DNA from: an uncultured Chloroflexia bacterium
Lineage (GTDB): Bacteria; Chloroflexota; Limnocylindria; Limnocylindrales; CSP1-4
Reading direction: 5' to 3'
Assembly: GCA_963789865.1 (NCBI GenBank)
Contig: CAWBMD010000001.1
Coordinates: 129,095 to 193,094 of the forward strand
Length of the DNA: 64,000 nucleotides
Below, piece after piece: positions 11,521 to 21,988 of this stretch. A program made the translations under genes and the position numbers. The notes beneath the pieces were generated by a model. The model had not been told where the DNA came from, did no database searches, and saw only the letters and a list, made by a program, of their open reading frames with translations. The stretch's first letter is position 1; every line of letters begins with the position of its first letter.

Positions 11521-13354
11521 ATGAGGGTCGCCGACTACATCTTCGCGTTCCTCGCCGACCGAGGCGATCAGGGACGTGTTCCTGGTCACCGGCGGCGGTG
11601 CGATGTTCCTGGACGACGCGATTCGCCGGCAGGAGCGCCTCCGTCCCGTGTCCTGCCACCATGAACAGGCTGCGGCGATGGCGGCGGAGGCCCATGCACG
11701 GGTCTCCGGCCTGCCCGGCGTCGCCTGCGTCACGACCGGTCCCGGCGGGATCAACGCCTTGAACGGCGTCTTCGGAGCCTGGACCGACTCGATCCCGATG
11801 GTCGTCGTGTCCGGCCAGGTGAAGATCGAGACGCTCGCCGCGTCCTACCCGGGGCTCGGCATGCGGCAGCTGGGCGACCAGGAAGCGGACATCGTCGGCC
11901 TGGTGCGAGGCATCACGAAGTACGCCGCGACCATCGACGAAGCCTGAGCAGGTCAGGTACTGCCTCGAGCGCGCGTGGCACGAGGCCTTGGACGGCAGCC
12001 CGGGACCGGTCTGGCTCGATGTGCCGGTTGACGTGCAGTCGGCGCAGATCGACCCAGACGGGCTTCCGGGGTTCACCCCACCGCCCAGCGCGGCCGCCAC
12101 TGCAGGCGACACACTCGCGGCCACGGTGCGGGACGTGGTGGAGAGGCTGAGGGGCGCCCGCCGGCCAGTGCTGCTCGCCGGCACGGGCGTTCGCCTGGCC
12201 GGTGCGCTCGGCCCATTCGAGACGGTTGTGGAGCGCCTCGGCATCCCTGTCACCACGGCGTGGACCCACGATCTCATCGCAAGCGACGACCCGCACTTCT
12301 GCGGTCGCCAGGGCACGATCGGCACCCGGGCCGGCAACTTCACCGTGCAGAACGCCGACCTCCTGCTGGTCGTGGGTGCGAGGCTCACCGTCAGACAGGT
12401 CGGCTACAACTGGCAGGCGTTCGCGCCCAGGGCGTTCAAGGTCGTCGTCGACGTGGACGAGGCCGAGTTCCGTCGCCCCTTCGTGCGCATCGACCTGCCG
12501 ATCGCCGCCGATGCCGGCCAATTCCTGGCCGAGCTCACGGCCGCGCTGGACGCGGATGGATATCGCTGCGAACAACATGCCGAATGGCTCGCGTGGTGCC
12601 GTCGGCTGGTCGAGCTGTACCCGCCGCTCCGTGCGGAGCAGCGAACGAGTCGTCCCCCGATCAACGCATACCACTTCGTCGAGCGGCTGTTCGAGCACCT
12701 TGCCGCGGACGACGTGGTGGTTTGTGGCAATGCGTCGGCGACCATCGTGCCGTTCCAGGCGGCCCGCCTCCAGCGGGGTCAGCGCCTGTTCTCGAACTCG
12801 GGCTCCGCCAGCATGGGCTACGACCTGCCCGCGGCCGTGGGTGCCGCCGTGGCGCGGCGAGGCCGTCGCGTCGTCTGCCTGGCCGGCGATGGCAGCCTCC
12901 AGATGAACATCCAGGAGCTGGCGACTGTCCGCCAGCACCAGCTCCCGGTGAAGCTGTTCGTGATGGACAACCGGGGCTATCTGTCCATCCGGAGCACGCA
13001 GCAGAACTTCTTCGGCGCGACGATCGGATCCGGACCCGGCGGACGGCGTCTCGTTCCCGGACTACGCGGCGGTCGCGGCTGCTTACGGCATCCGGAGCCG
13101 TGCGCCTGGTCGAGCCGGGCGCGCTCGACGAGATCATCGCAGAGGTCCTCGAGGCCGAGGGGCCGGTCCTGTGCCACGTCATGCTGGACCCGGACCAGGG
13201 GTTCGAGCCGCGGGTGCGGTCGCGCGAGCTGCCCGACGGTACGATCGTTTCGCCCGCCCTGGAGGACATGTACCCGTTCCTCGATCGAGCGGAGCTGGCT
13301 CGAAACATGCCCTCGCTGAGCGACGACATTGACGCGGGCGCGGAGCCCTCGTGA
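11521..13354 (+). CDS. Thiamine-pyrophosphate-dependent enzyme (acetolactate-synthase-like, YerE-type; frameshifted)
   Basis: HHEQAAAMAAE, TTGPG, SMGYDLPAAVG, GDGSLQMNIQEL..DNRGY TPP motif. Confidence 0.88.
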
Positions 13355-14047
13355 ATCGCCGGCCACCCGGATCGGTGCGCTGGAGCGCAGTGCTGTTCGA
13401 CCTCGACGGGACGCTGATCGACACCCGGCCAGGCATGCGGGCGGCCTTGGAGGCGGCCTTCGCGGAGGTGACCGGGCACGATCCGGGCAGCGAGCGGGCC
13501 GACCTCAGCCTGCCCCTCGATGACATGATCCGTAGCGCCGACCCGGATGCGACGCCCGCGCGGCTGCAGCAGCTGTCCGCGGCATTTCGCAGGCACTACG
13601 ATGCCGCCTTCTGGAAGGCGGCACACGCTCTACCCGGGCGCCGAGGAGTGCCTGCGCGACCTGGCGGCCGCCGGCGTGCGCGCCTTCGTGGTCACGAACA
13701 AGCGGAGCAGCGCGGCCGAGCGACTTCTGGAACACTTCCACCTGGCGCCCTACCTCGAGGGCGTCGTCGGGCAGGCGGAAACGGGAGGACCGTTGCCCAA
13801 GTCGGAGCTGGCATCTCGCCTCGTGGCGAGCGCGACCATCGACCCCGCCGCGACGGTCGTGGTGGGAGACTCTGACAACGACGCCGCGATGGCGACGTCC
13901 TGGAACATGGCGTTCATCGCGATCATCTCCGGCGCAGGACCACTGAGCCCTGCGGCGGCCGGGACGGAACGAGTTGAAGTAGACAGCCTCGCGGACGCGG
14001 CGGCGGTCGTGCTAGTTCGCCCCCAAGGAGGACGTCGTGAACCGTGA
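13351..14047 (+). CDS. HAD-superfamily phosphatase (frameshifted)
   Basis: FDLDGTLID, VVTNK, VVGDS. Confidence 0.85.
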
Positions 14048-15121
14048 CATCTTCGAGGACCTGTTCGTTCTCGAGCTGGCCAACAACCACTGGGGCAGCG
14101 TCGAGCGCGGCCTGAAGATCATCACCGCGTACTCGCAGGATCGTGCGCTTCAACAACGTGCGCGCGGCGATCAAGCTGCAGTTCCGCGACGTGGACCGCT
14201 TCATCCACAAGGACTTCCGCGACCGCACCGACATCCGCTACATCAAGAAGACGCTCGACACGCGGATGCGCGCCGACGAGTACGGCACGCTGGTCGACGC
14301 CATCCGCAAGGCCGGCTGCATCACGATGGCCACGCCGTTCGACGAGGCGTCGGTGGACCTGTGCGTGGAGCTCGGCGTCCAGATCATCAAGATCGCCAGC
14401 TCCGACGTGCAACGACTGGTTGCTGATCGAGAAGATCGCGACGACCAGCAAGCCCGTCATCGTCTCGACCGGCGGCTCCTCGCTCAAGGACCTCGACGAC
14501 CTGGTCACGTTCTTCGAGCAACCGCAACATCCCGCTGGCGATCAACCACTGCGTCTCGCTCTACCCGCAGCGAGGACGGCGAGCTGGAGCTCAACCAGAT
14601 CGACTTCCTGCGTCGCCGGTATCCCAACCACACGATCGGCTTCTCGACGCACGAGTACCACGACTGGACCCCGTCGATCATGATCGCGTACGCGAAGGGC
14701 GCGCGCACGTTCGAGCGGCACATCGACATCGACGACGACGGGATCCCCGTCTCGCCGTACTGCTCGCTGCCGGACCAGGTCGACACCTGGTTCAAGGCGT
14801 TCAAGAAGGCCAAGGAGATGTGCGGGCCGCCGGGGACACGTGGAAGACGCAGCTCGCGCGCGCGAGATCCAGTACCTCGACGCTCTCGTCCGCGGCGTCT
14901 ACGCGACGCGCGACCTTCCGGCCGGCCACGCCCTGCAGGACGACGACGTCTACCTGGCCATCCCCCTGCAGAAGGGCCAGATCTCCTGCCGCGAGCTGAT
15001 GCGCGGCGAGGTCGTGATGACGGACGTGAAGGCGCACGAGGCCATCCAGATCGACGACATCGACAGCCCGTACGCCACCAACGACGATCTGAAGCGCCTG
15101 ATCATGGAGCGCGGGCTTTGA
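14037..15121 (+). CDS. N-acetylneuraminate-synthase-family (NeuB/SpsE-like) protein with C-terminal SAF domain (frameshifted)
   Basis: ELANNHWG, ATPFDE, KIASSD, VSTGG, GFSTHE, FERH. Confidence 0.85.
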
Positions 15122-16334
15122 CCGCCACGGGGCCGTCGGGCAAGGATGCCGTGCGCGACGCTCTCCTCGCGGAGTTGCACGGGATGCTCGACGAGCCGTT
15201 GGACGACGCTCGCGGACGCGAGCGAGCCCTGCTGGCAGAGCTCGTGGCGCAGCCGGACATGCCGATCGTCCTGTTCGGCGCCGGCAACCTTGGCCGCCGC
15301 ACGCTCTCACTGCTGCGCGCCCACGGGCAGGCCGCCGCCGCCTTCATCGACAACGCCAGCAGGCCTCTGGGGCACCGTGATCGATGGGGTCCCGGTGATG
15401 TCGCCGGCAGACGCCTCCGCTCGTTACGCGGCGCACGGGCTGGTGGTCGTCACGATCTGGCGGGCAGAAGGCGGCCACGACTTTCTCGTCACGCGTGAAG
15501 GCCTGCGGGCCCTCGGCTGGCACAGGGTCGAGTCGTTCATCCCCCTGTTCTGGGGGTACGGGGCTGATGCCCTGCCCTACATCACCATCGACCTGCCGAC
15601 CAAGGTGCTCCTTGCCAGGGACCAGGTGATCGCTGCTGCCGGGTTGTGGTCGGACGATCGTTCGCTCCGCGAGTATGTGCACCAGGTCCGCTGGCGACTC
15701 ACCGCGGACTTCTCCGCGCTGTCGCCGGCCGAGCCGGACCAGTACTTCGCCGAGGGCCTCGTGCGCGTCGGGCCGGACGAGGTGTTCGTGGACTGCGGCG
15801 CCTTCACCGGCGACACGCTCCTCGACGTGGCCCGACGCGTCGGGTCGTGGCGCGCGTACCACGCGTTCGAGCCGGACCCGGCCTCGTTCGCGGCGCTGCA
15901 GGCGGTTGTGGCCGCGCTCCCGGAGCCGTTGGCCGGTCGCGTCCACGTGCACCGGGCTGCGACGTCGGATCGCGCCGGGCACGGCGCGGTTCAACGCCAC
16001 GGGTCTGGGCTCGGCTCAGCTGTCGGACGCAGGCACGTACGAGGTCGACTGCGTGGCGATCGACGACGTCGTGACCGCGCCGCCGCCGACGTTCGTGAAG
16101 ATGGACATCGAGGGCGCCGAGTCGGCCGCGCTGGCCGGAGCACGTGCGGGCATTCGAGACGGACGCTCGCTGCTGGCCATCTCCGCATACCACAAGCAGG
16201 CGGACCTGTGGGAGCTGCCGCACCAGGTCCGCGACATGGCGGCGGACTATCGCATGTTCCTACGCCCACACGCAGGGGAGGGGTTCGACACCGTCCTATA
16301 TGCAATTCCGCAGGAGAGGCTCGCAGACGGCTGA
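15118..16334 (+). CDS. FkbM-family methyltransferase (frameshifted)
   Basis: FVDCGAFTGD, FEPD, FVKMDIEGAE. Confidence 0.85.
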
Positions 16335-16373
16335 GAGAGCTTGACCGCGCCTCGCTCCGGCCAGTTCGGTCGG

Positions 16374-17312
16374 TCAGTCGAAGTTGATCCGCTCCTTCTC
16401 CACCACCAGCGGCCGCTTGTGGACCTGGGTGTGGATCGAGCCGATGTACTCGCCGAGCACCCCGATGAAGAAGAGCTGCACGGCGCCGAAGAAGTAGATG
16501 CCGATCAGGAGCGGCGCCAGACCGAGCTGCAGCGTCGTTCCAGAACAGGAGCTTGGCGACCAGGTAGCCGAGGGCGACCAGCAGGCTGAGGATCGAGATG
16601 GCGAACCCGGCCATCGTGGCGATGCGCAGCGGCACCTTGGAGTGGTTGGTGATGCCCAGCATCGCGATGTCGTAGAGGCTGAAGAAGTTGTTCTTGGTCT
16701 GGCCCCGCGTGCGGGCCGGCTGCACGTAGTCGATCTCGGCGCGCTCGTACCCGAAGTCGCTGACCAGCCCCCGGAAGTACGGGTACTGCTCGTCCGTGTC
16801 GCGGAACTGCTCGACGACCTCCCGGTCGTACAGGCCGAACCCGGTGAAGTTGTGGACGAGCTCCACGTCCGACGAGAGCTTGCCGACGAGCCAGTAGTAG
16901 AACTTCCGCGTCGCGAGCCATGAGCCAGGATTCCTGGCTGCCCTGCCTTCACGCCGATGACGACCTTGTAGCCCTCCTCCCACTTCTCGACGAACTGGGG
17001 GATCAGCTCCGGGGGATCCTGGAGGTCGGCGACGCAGGTCATGACCGCATCCCCGCGCGCCTGCAGGAACGCGTGGTACGGCGAGCGGACCTGGCCGAAG
17101 TTGCGGGTGTTGACGATGACCTTGACGCGCTTGTCCGCCGCCGCGAGCTCGCGCAGGATCGCGACGGTCCCGTCCGTCGAGGCGTTGTCGATGAACAGGT
17201 GCTCGTAGTCGTAGCCCGGCAGGGTCGCCATCGCCGCCTTGACCTGCTGGTAGACCTCGCGGACGTTCCCCTCCTCGTTGAAGCAGGGCGTGAGGATGGT
17301 CAGCAGCGGCAC
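16374..17312 (-). CDS. GT2 polyprenol-phosphate glycosyltransferase (GtrB-like; frameshifted)
   Basis: PCFNEE, IDNASTDGT, RNFGQ, ADLQDPP, two C-terminal TMs with GEYIG. Confidence 0.9.
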   Translation of the reverse strand: MPLLTILTPCFNEEGNVREVYQQVKAAMATLPGYDYEHLFIDNASTDGTVAILRELAAADKRVKVIVNTRNFGQVRSPYHAFLQARGDAVMTCVADLQDPPELIPQFVEKWEEGYKVVIGVKAGQPGILAHGSRRGSSTTGSSASSRRTWSSSTTSPGSACTTGRSSSSSATRTSSTRTSGGWSATSGTSAPRSTTCSRPARGARPRTTSSASTTSRCWASPTTPRCRCASPRWPGSPSRSSACWSPSATWSPSSCSGTTLQLGLAPLLIGIYFFGAVQLFFIGVLGEYIGSIHTQVHKRPLVVEKERINFD

Positions 17313-17342
17313 TGCGGTTCCTTTCGGCCGTCGGACACGCGG

Positions 17343-17885
17343 TCAGTCCTCGAAGACGGCGGTGGGATCGTAGAGGGCACGGATCGCCGCCGTCCCTGCG
17401 TCGCCCGCCGCCGAAGCTGAAGTACTTGTGGGCCAGGTAGCTGCAGACGACCACCACGACCGTGAACAGCGCCTGGATCACGTAGATGTTGAACGGCAGC
17501 ACCCGCGAGGGCGATCGGGCAGCAGCGCGAGGTTCACGACGAGCGTCACGACGTAGACGAGCGAGAAGCGCGGGAGCTCCCGGAGCACCGGCCCATGGCT
17601 GCGGAACACGATGTAGCGGTAGCCGAGGTAGGCGTTCAGCACCGCGATCGGCCAGGCGAGCACGATGATCACGACGAAGTAGTGGAGGTAGTCGCCGAGC
17701 AGGAACTGGAGCGTCGCCCAGACGAGGTACCCGAACAGCGTGTTCCAGCCGCCGACCACCAGGTAGAGCAGCTGCTCCCGGTGGCCGAAGTAGAACCGGA
17801 CCGGTCGTCCGAGCACGCGATGGTCTCGCAGCCCGTCGAGATGCCGCTCGAGGCTGTTCGGAGTCCTGGACGCCGTCGGCTGCAT
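17343..17885 (-). CDS. GtrA-family protein (lipid-linked sugar translocase; frameshifted)
   Basis: YLVVGGWNT, YIVF, SYLAHKYFSF; 4 TMs; adjacent to the GtrB-like gene. Confidence 0.85.
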
Positions 17886-18070
17886 GGGCGCAATGCTACC
17901 TGCCGGCGTTCTCGCCCGGCACCCGGAGGCTCCGTGGGGCCCCATTCCGGTCTCGATGCCCTGCTATCGTCCGTCGCAGCCACGTGGGAGGGATCGACCA
18001 TCACTGACGGGGAAGCGGCAATCGCGGCCCACAGCGATCGACTCGCCGCCCGCAGGGCACGCAGGATCTG

Positions 18071-19461
18071 ATGCGCCTGAGCCTCGATCGCCTGTGGCTG
18101 TTCCTGGCCGTCGCGCTGCCGGCGCTCGTCTGCCTGCTGGTGCCGATCCCGGCCGTGGATCTCGCGTACCAGGTGCGCGCCGGCGACGAGATCCTGCGGA
18201 CCGGCCTGATCCCCGCGGTGGACACGTACACGTTCACCGTCGCCGGCACCGCCATGGATGGACCAGCAGTGGCTGGCGCAGGTGCTCCTGGCGCTGGGGT
18301 TCCGCGCCGGCGGCTGGGAGCTGCTGGTGGTGCTCCGGGCGGCGCTGGTCTCGCGTCTCGTTCGGGCTGCTGGCGGCCACGGCGATGGCCCGCGGCGCCC
18401 GCCCGCGCACCGCTGCGATCCTCTCCCTCGTGGCGTTCGCGCTGGCCGCGCCCGCCCTGGCGCTGCGTCCGCAGCTGTTCGCGATCGCGATCTTCGCCCT
18501 GCTCCTGCTCCTGGTGGCCCGCCGCCACCGGAACCCCCGTCTCGTCTGGCTGGCGCCGCTGCTGGTGGTCGCGTGGGCGAACATCCACGGCTCGTTCGTC
18601 CTGGCGCCGATCTGCTCCTGGGCTACGCCTGGCTGGACGACCTCGTCCGCGGCCGGCCGGCCCGCGCCTCGTTCGCTGCTGCTCGTGGTCGGCACCGCGG
18701 CCACCCTCGTCAACCCGTTCGGGGTCGGCGTCTGGGCGTACGCCGCCGGGATCGGCGCCAACCCGGCGATCTCCGGCCAGGCCACGGAGTGGCAGCGCAC
18801 GACGCCCTTCACCGTGCCCGGCCTGCTGTTCTACGTCTCGGCCGCGGCGGCGCTGGCGCTGGCGATCCGCGGGCGTGCCGCGCTCCGCTGGCCGGACTGG
18901 CTGTGGCTCGCGGCGATGTTCGCGATCGGTGTCTGGGCGGTCCGTGGGCTCGCATGGTGGCCGTTCGGGGCGGTGTTCGTGCTCGGCGGCCTGCCGGACG
19001 CGCTGTGGCCGGCGTCTGCGACTCGCGGTGCCGCCCGCGCGACCCGCCTCCCTGCGGTCGTGGCGGTGCTGCTCGGCGTGCTGGTGGTGGCGGCCCTGCC
19101 CTGGTGGCGCCCGGCCGACCCGATCACCGGCCGCACCGGGATCCTGTCCTACGCCCCGTCCGGGATCGCGGCGGAGCTCCGGACCCTGGCTCCCGCCGGC
19201 ACGCGGGTGCTGGCGGCCCAGACGTGGACGTCGTTCCTGGAGTGGGCAGTACCGGACGCGCGCTACTTCCTCGACTCCCGCTTCGAGCTGTTCCCCGCGG
19301 ACGTCTGGGCGGACCGCGAGACGATCGCCGCGGGCGGGCCCGCGGCGGATGAGGCGCTCGCGCGCCGCGGCGTGGATCTGCTGGTGCTCCCCGCTGGCAC
19401 GGACCTCGCACCTGACCGGCTGGACCGTGGCCTACGAGGACTGCGGACGGCACGATCCTGA
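18071..19461 (+). CDS. Polytopic membrane protein, GT-C-like (frameshifted)
   Basis: DLAYQVRAG, DQQWL, LRPQLF, WANIHGSF, VNPFG, FLDSRFELF. Confidence 0.65.
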
Positions 19462-19465
19462 CCCG

Positions 19466-20543
19466 TCAGGCCGGCGTCGTGACCCAGTAGCGCTCCGCAG
19501 CGCCGCCGGCGACGGAGCCGATGTCCGCCACCCGCGCCGCGTACCCGCGCACGGCGGCCGCGGCGGCCTTCTTGTCGTCGAACAGCCGCTCGATCTGGCT
19601 CTCGTAGAGCAGGATCCCGCGGATCTTGCGCTCCAGCACGTCGCCCACGTCCGCGAACTCCGCGGTCAGCGAGATGCCGCCCGGCAGCCCGGCGAGCGCG
19701 TCTGGCGGCATGTCCTCCAGGCGCCCGAAGTCCTCCCACCAGGCGTAGGGGAAGTCCTCGTAGAAGGCGATGCGGTCCGCGTAGGCAGGGCCCGGCATGA
19801 CCCATGCCGATGCGTCATGCAGGAGTGCGATGCCGGCGTCCCGTGCCAGCTGGTGGTCCACGTGCCCGCCGATGCCCAGCGGCAGGTAGAGCCGGGACGG
19901 CTCCAGGCGCGCGATCTCGCGGCGCAGCAGGTCCACGGGGGCCGGGTCGTCCGCGCGCGGCCTGCCCAGGAGCTGGTCGTCGCCCTCGTAGCCGCGGAAG
20001 ACGGCGTCCGGGAGGTCCAGCCAGACGAACGAGACCTCAGCGAAGGCGGCGTACCGCTCGTCCTCGAGGCGCCGCTGCGCCATGGTGTCGCCGGCCGCGG
20101 CGGCCTCGGTTCGCTCCGAGGTGAGCACCGCGCCCTGGGTGGCCAGGTCGTCGATGACCGGCTGGCCCGCGAGGGACTCGTTGTGGATCCTCGCCCGGCG
20201 ATACCACGAGGAGCGCTGCCAGAACCGCTTGGCGGCGGCGTCCGCCTCGCCCTGCGTGGCGTCGAGGCCCTCCCTGGTGGCCTGCCAGGGCGCCGCCGCG
20301 GCGTCCCCCGGGACAGTCCGCCTCCAGGTGCGCGCGGTTGAACGCCTCGGTGACCGGCCAGACGGCCTTCGACCCGAAGCCCAGGGCCTCGCGCTGGTAC
20401 GGGCTCAGCTGGTCCGCGCTCCCGGAGCCGGAGAAGAGCGTCAGGATCGTGACGTTCTGCCCGAGCTCGCGCAGGCTGGCGATGAGGCCGCCGCACGAGA
20501 GCGCAACGTCGTCCGGGTGGGGGGCAACGAACACGTGGGTCAT
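19466..20543 (-). CDS. PIG-L/LmbE-family deacetylase (frameshifted)
   Basis: VAPHPDD, GHVDH, YEDFPY, YESQ. Confidence 0.88.
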
Positions 20544-20623
20544 GGCCGGCCGAGTATATCCGGGCGGGATCGGCTCCCGGAAGGCCCGTGGCCGCGGTCG
20601 GTCGGCCGATCGTGAGCGGTCTG

Positions 20624-21283
20624 TCAGCGGTCCCACCCGCCGCGCCCGACCAGCGGCACGAACACGACCGGCCCCTCGGAGCGGTCCACCCACTCGTTCC
20701 CGTGCCGCTCGACGACCAGCAGCTGCTGCTGCCGCCGGGAACCCACCGGGATCACAAGGCGCCGCCCATCTCCCAGCTGCTCCCGCAGCGCTGCTGGGAC
20801 CGCGGGGGCCGCGGCCGCGACGACGATGCCGTCCCACGGGGCCCCGTCCGGCAGGCCCAGGCTCCCGTCGCCCGCGCGGACGTCCACGTGGTCCGCGTAC
20901 CCCAGCTCCGCGAGTCGGTGGCGCGCGTCGTCCGCGAGACCCGGGCTGCGCTCGATCGTCGTCACCCGACAGCCGATCTCTGCGAGCACGGCCGCGGCGT
21001 AACCGGAACCCGTGCCCACCTCCAGGACGCGATCCCCGCTCCCGACGTGGAGCAGCTCGGTCATGCGCGCGACGATCCACGGCTGGCTGATCGTCTGGCC
21101 GCTGCCGATGGGCAGCGGACCGTCGCGGTACGCGAGGTCACGTTCGTCCGCGGGCACGAACCGCTCCCGCGGGACTGTGTCCATGGCGGCGATGACCCGC
21201 TCATCGTGGATGCCACGGGCCAGCAGCTGGTCCGCCACCATCCTCGCCCGGGCACCGCTCGCGCGTGCCCGGACCTCGTCCAT
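20624..21283 (-). CDS. pcm: Protein-L-isoaspartate O-methyltransferase
   Basis: GQTISQP, VLEVGTGSGYAAA, GDGSLG, FVPL. Confidence 0.93.
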   Translation of the reverse strand: MDEVRARASGARARMVADQLLARGIHDERVIAAMDTVPRERFVPADERDLAYRDGPLPIGSGQTISQPWIVARMTELLHVGSGDRVLEVGTGSGYAAAVLAEIGCRVTTIERSPGLADDARHRLAELGYADHVDVRAGDGSLGLPDGAPWDGIVVAAAAPAVPAALREQLGDGRRLVIPVGSRRQQQLLVVERHGNEWVDRSEGPVVFVPLVGRGGWDR

Positions 21284-21293
21284 GACTGCCGGT

Positions 21294-21888
21294 CTAGCTC
21301 GCCGACGGGCTCGGCGAGGCGGCGCCACTGGGCGATGCCGCGGGGCTGGCGGACGGTGCGGCCGTCGGTGCGGCTGTCGCCGACGGGGCTCGCCGTCGCG
21401 GAGGGGCTGGCCGTCGGCGAAGGCTTCGGTGTCGGCGCTGGGGTGGCCGTCGGTGCAGGCGTGGCCGTGGGTGCGGGTGTCGGCGTGGCCGTGACGTTGG
21501 TCACGAAGCCGCCCTGCCCGAACAGCAGCGCAAAGGCGAAGATCGCCACGAACACGCCGATCGTCGCGATGACGAACGCCGCGGACGCGCGGTCTTCGAC
21601 CTTGACCGCCTTGTCGGACATCGATGGCTCGGCGGGCACGGTGCCCTTGGCGCGCCGATCGCGAGCGGGTGCACCCTTCGACGCTGCGGCAGCGGCCGAC
21701 GCTGGCACGGGCTCGTCGTCGTCGGCCTCGTCGTCGGCCTCGTCGGCCTCGTCGTCGTCGGGCGCGTCTGCCTCGTCGGCCGGTTCGCCGGCGGCATCGG
21801 TCTCGAGCGCTGCGTCGTCCGCAGCTTCGGTGTCGTCCGTCGCGCCATCGGGGCCCAGGGCCTCCGGGTCGCGCTCCTTGTCGGTCAT
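21294..21888 (-). CDS. Hypothetical single-TM protein with acidic N-terminus and Pro/Thr/Ser-rich C-terminal tail
   Basis: DEAD-type acidic repeats, one TM, PTATPA repeats; C-terminus frameshifted. Confidence 0.65.
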
Positions 21889-21988
21889 GCCGTGATCGGT
21901 CTCCTCTCCGCGGGCGACGCCTGCAGGCACCGCCTCACGCGGCCGTCAGTGTACCCAGCCCCGCCCGCCTCCGGCCCGTCCGCCTGCG

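Noticed and set aside
11940-11950. In-frame TGA in the TPP enzyme as possible selenocysteine or read-through
   Set aside because: The continuation is in another frame (IDE-PEQV); a one-base indel explains it.
14037-15121. Canonical sialic/legionaminic acid pathway
   Set aside because: No NeuA, NeuC or Leg/Pse partner genes recognised in the cluster; the context is CDP-dideoxysugar synthesis.
21300-21780. Nucleotide repeats in the hypothetical gene
   Set aside because: They simply encode low-complexity acidic and PTATPA linkers.
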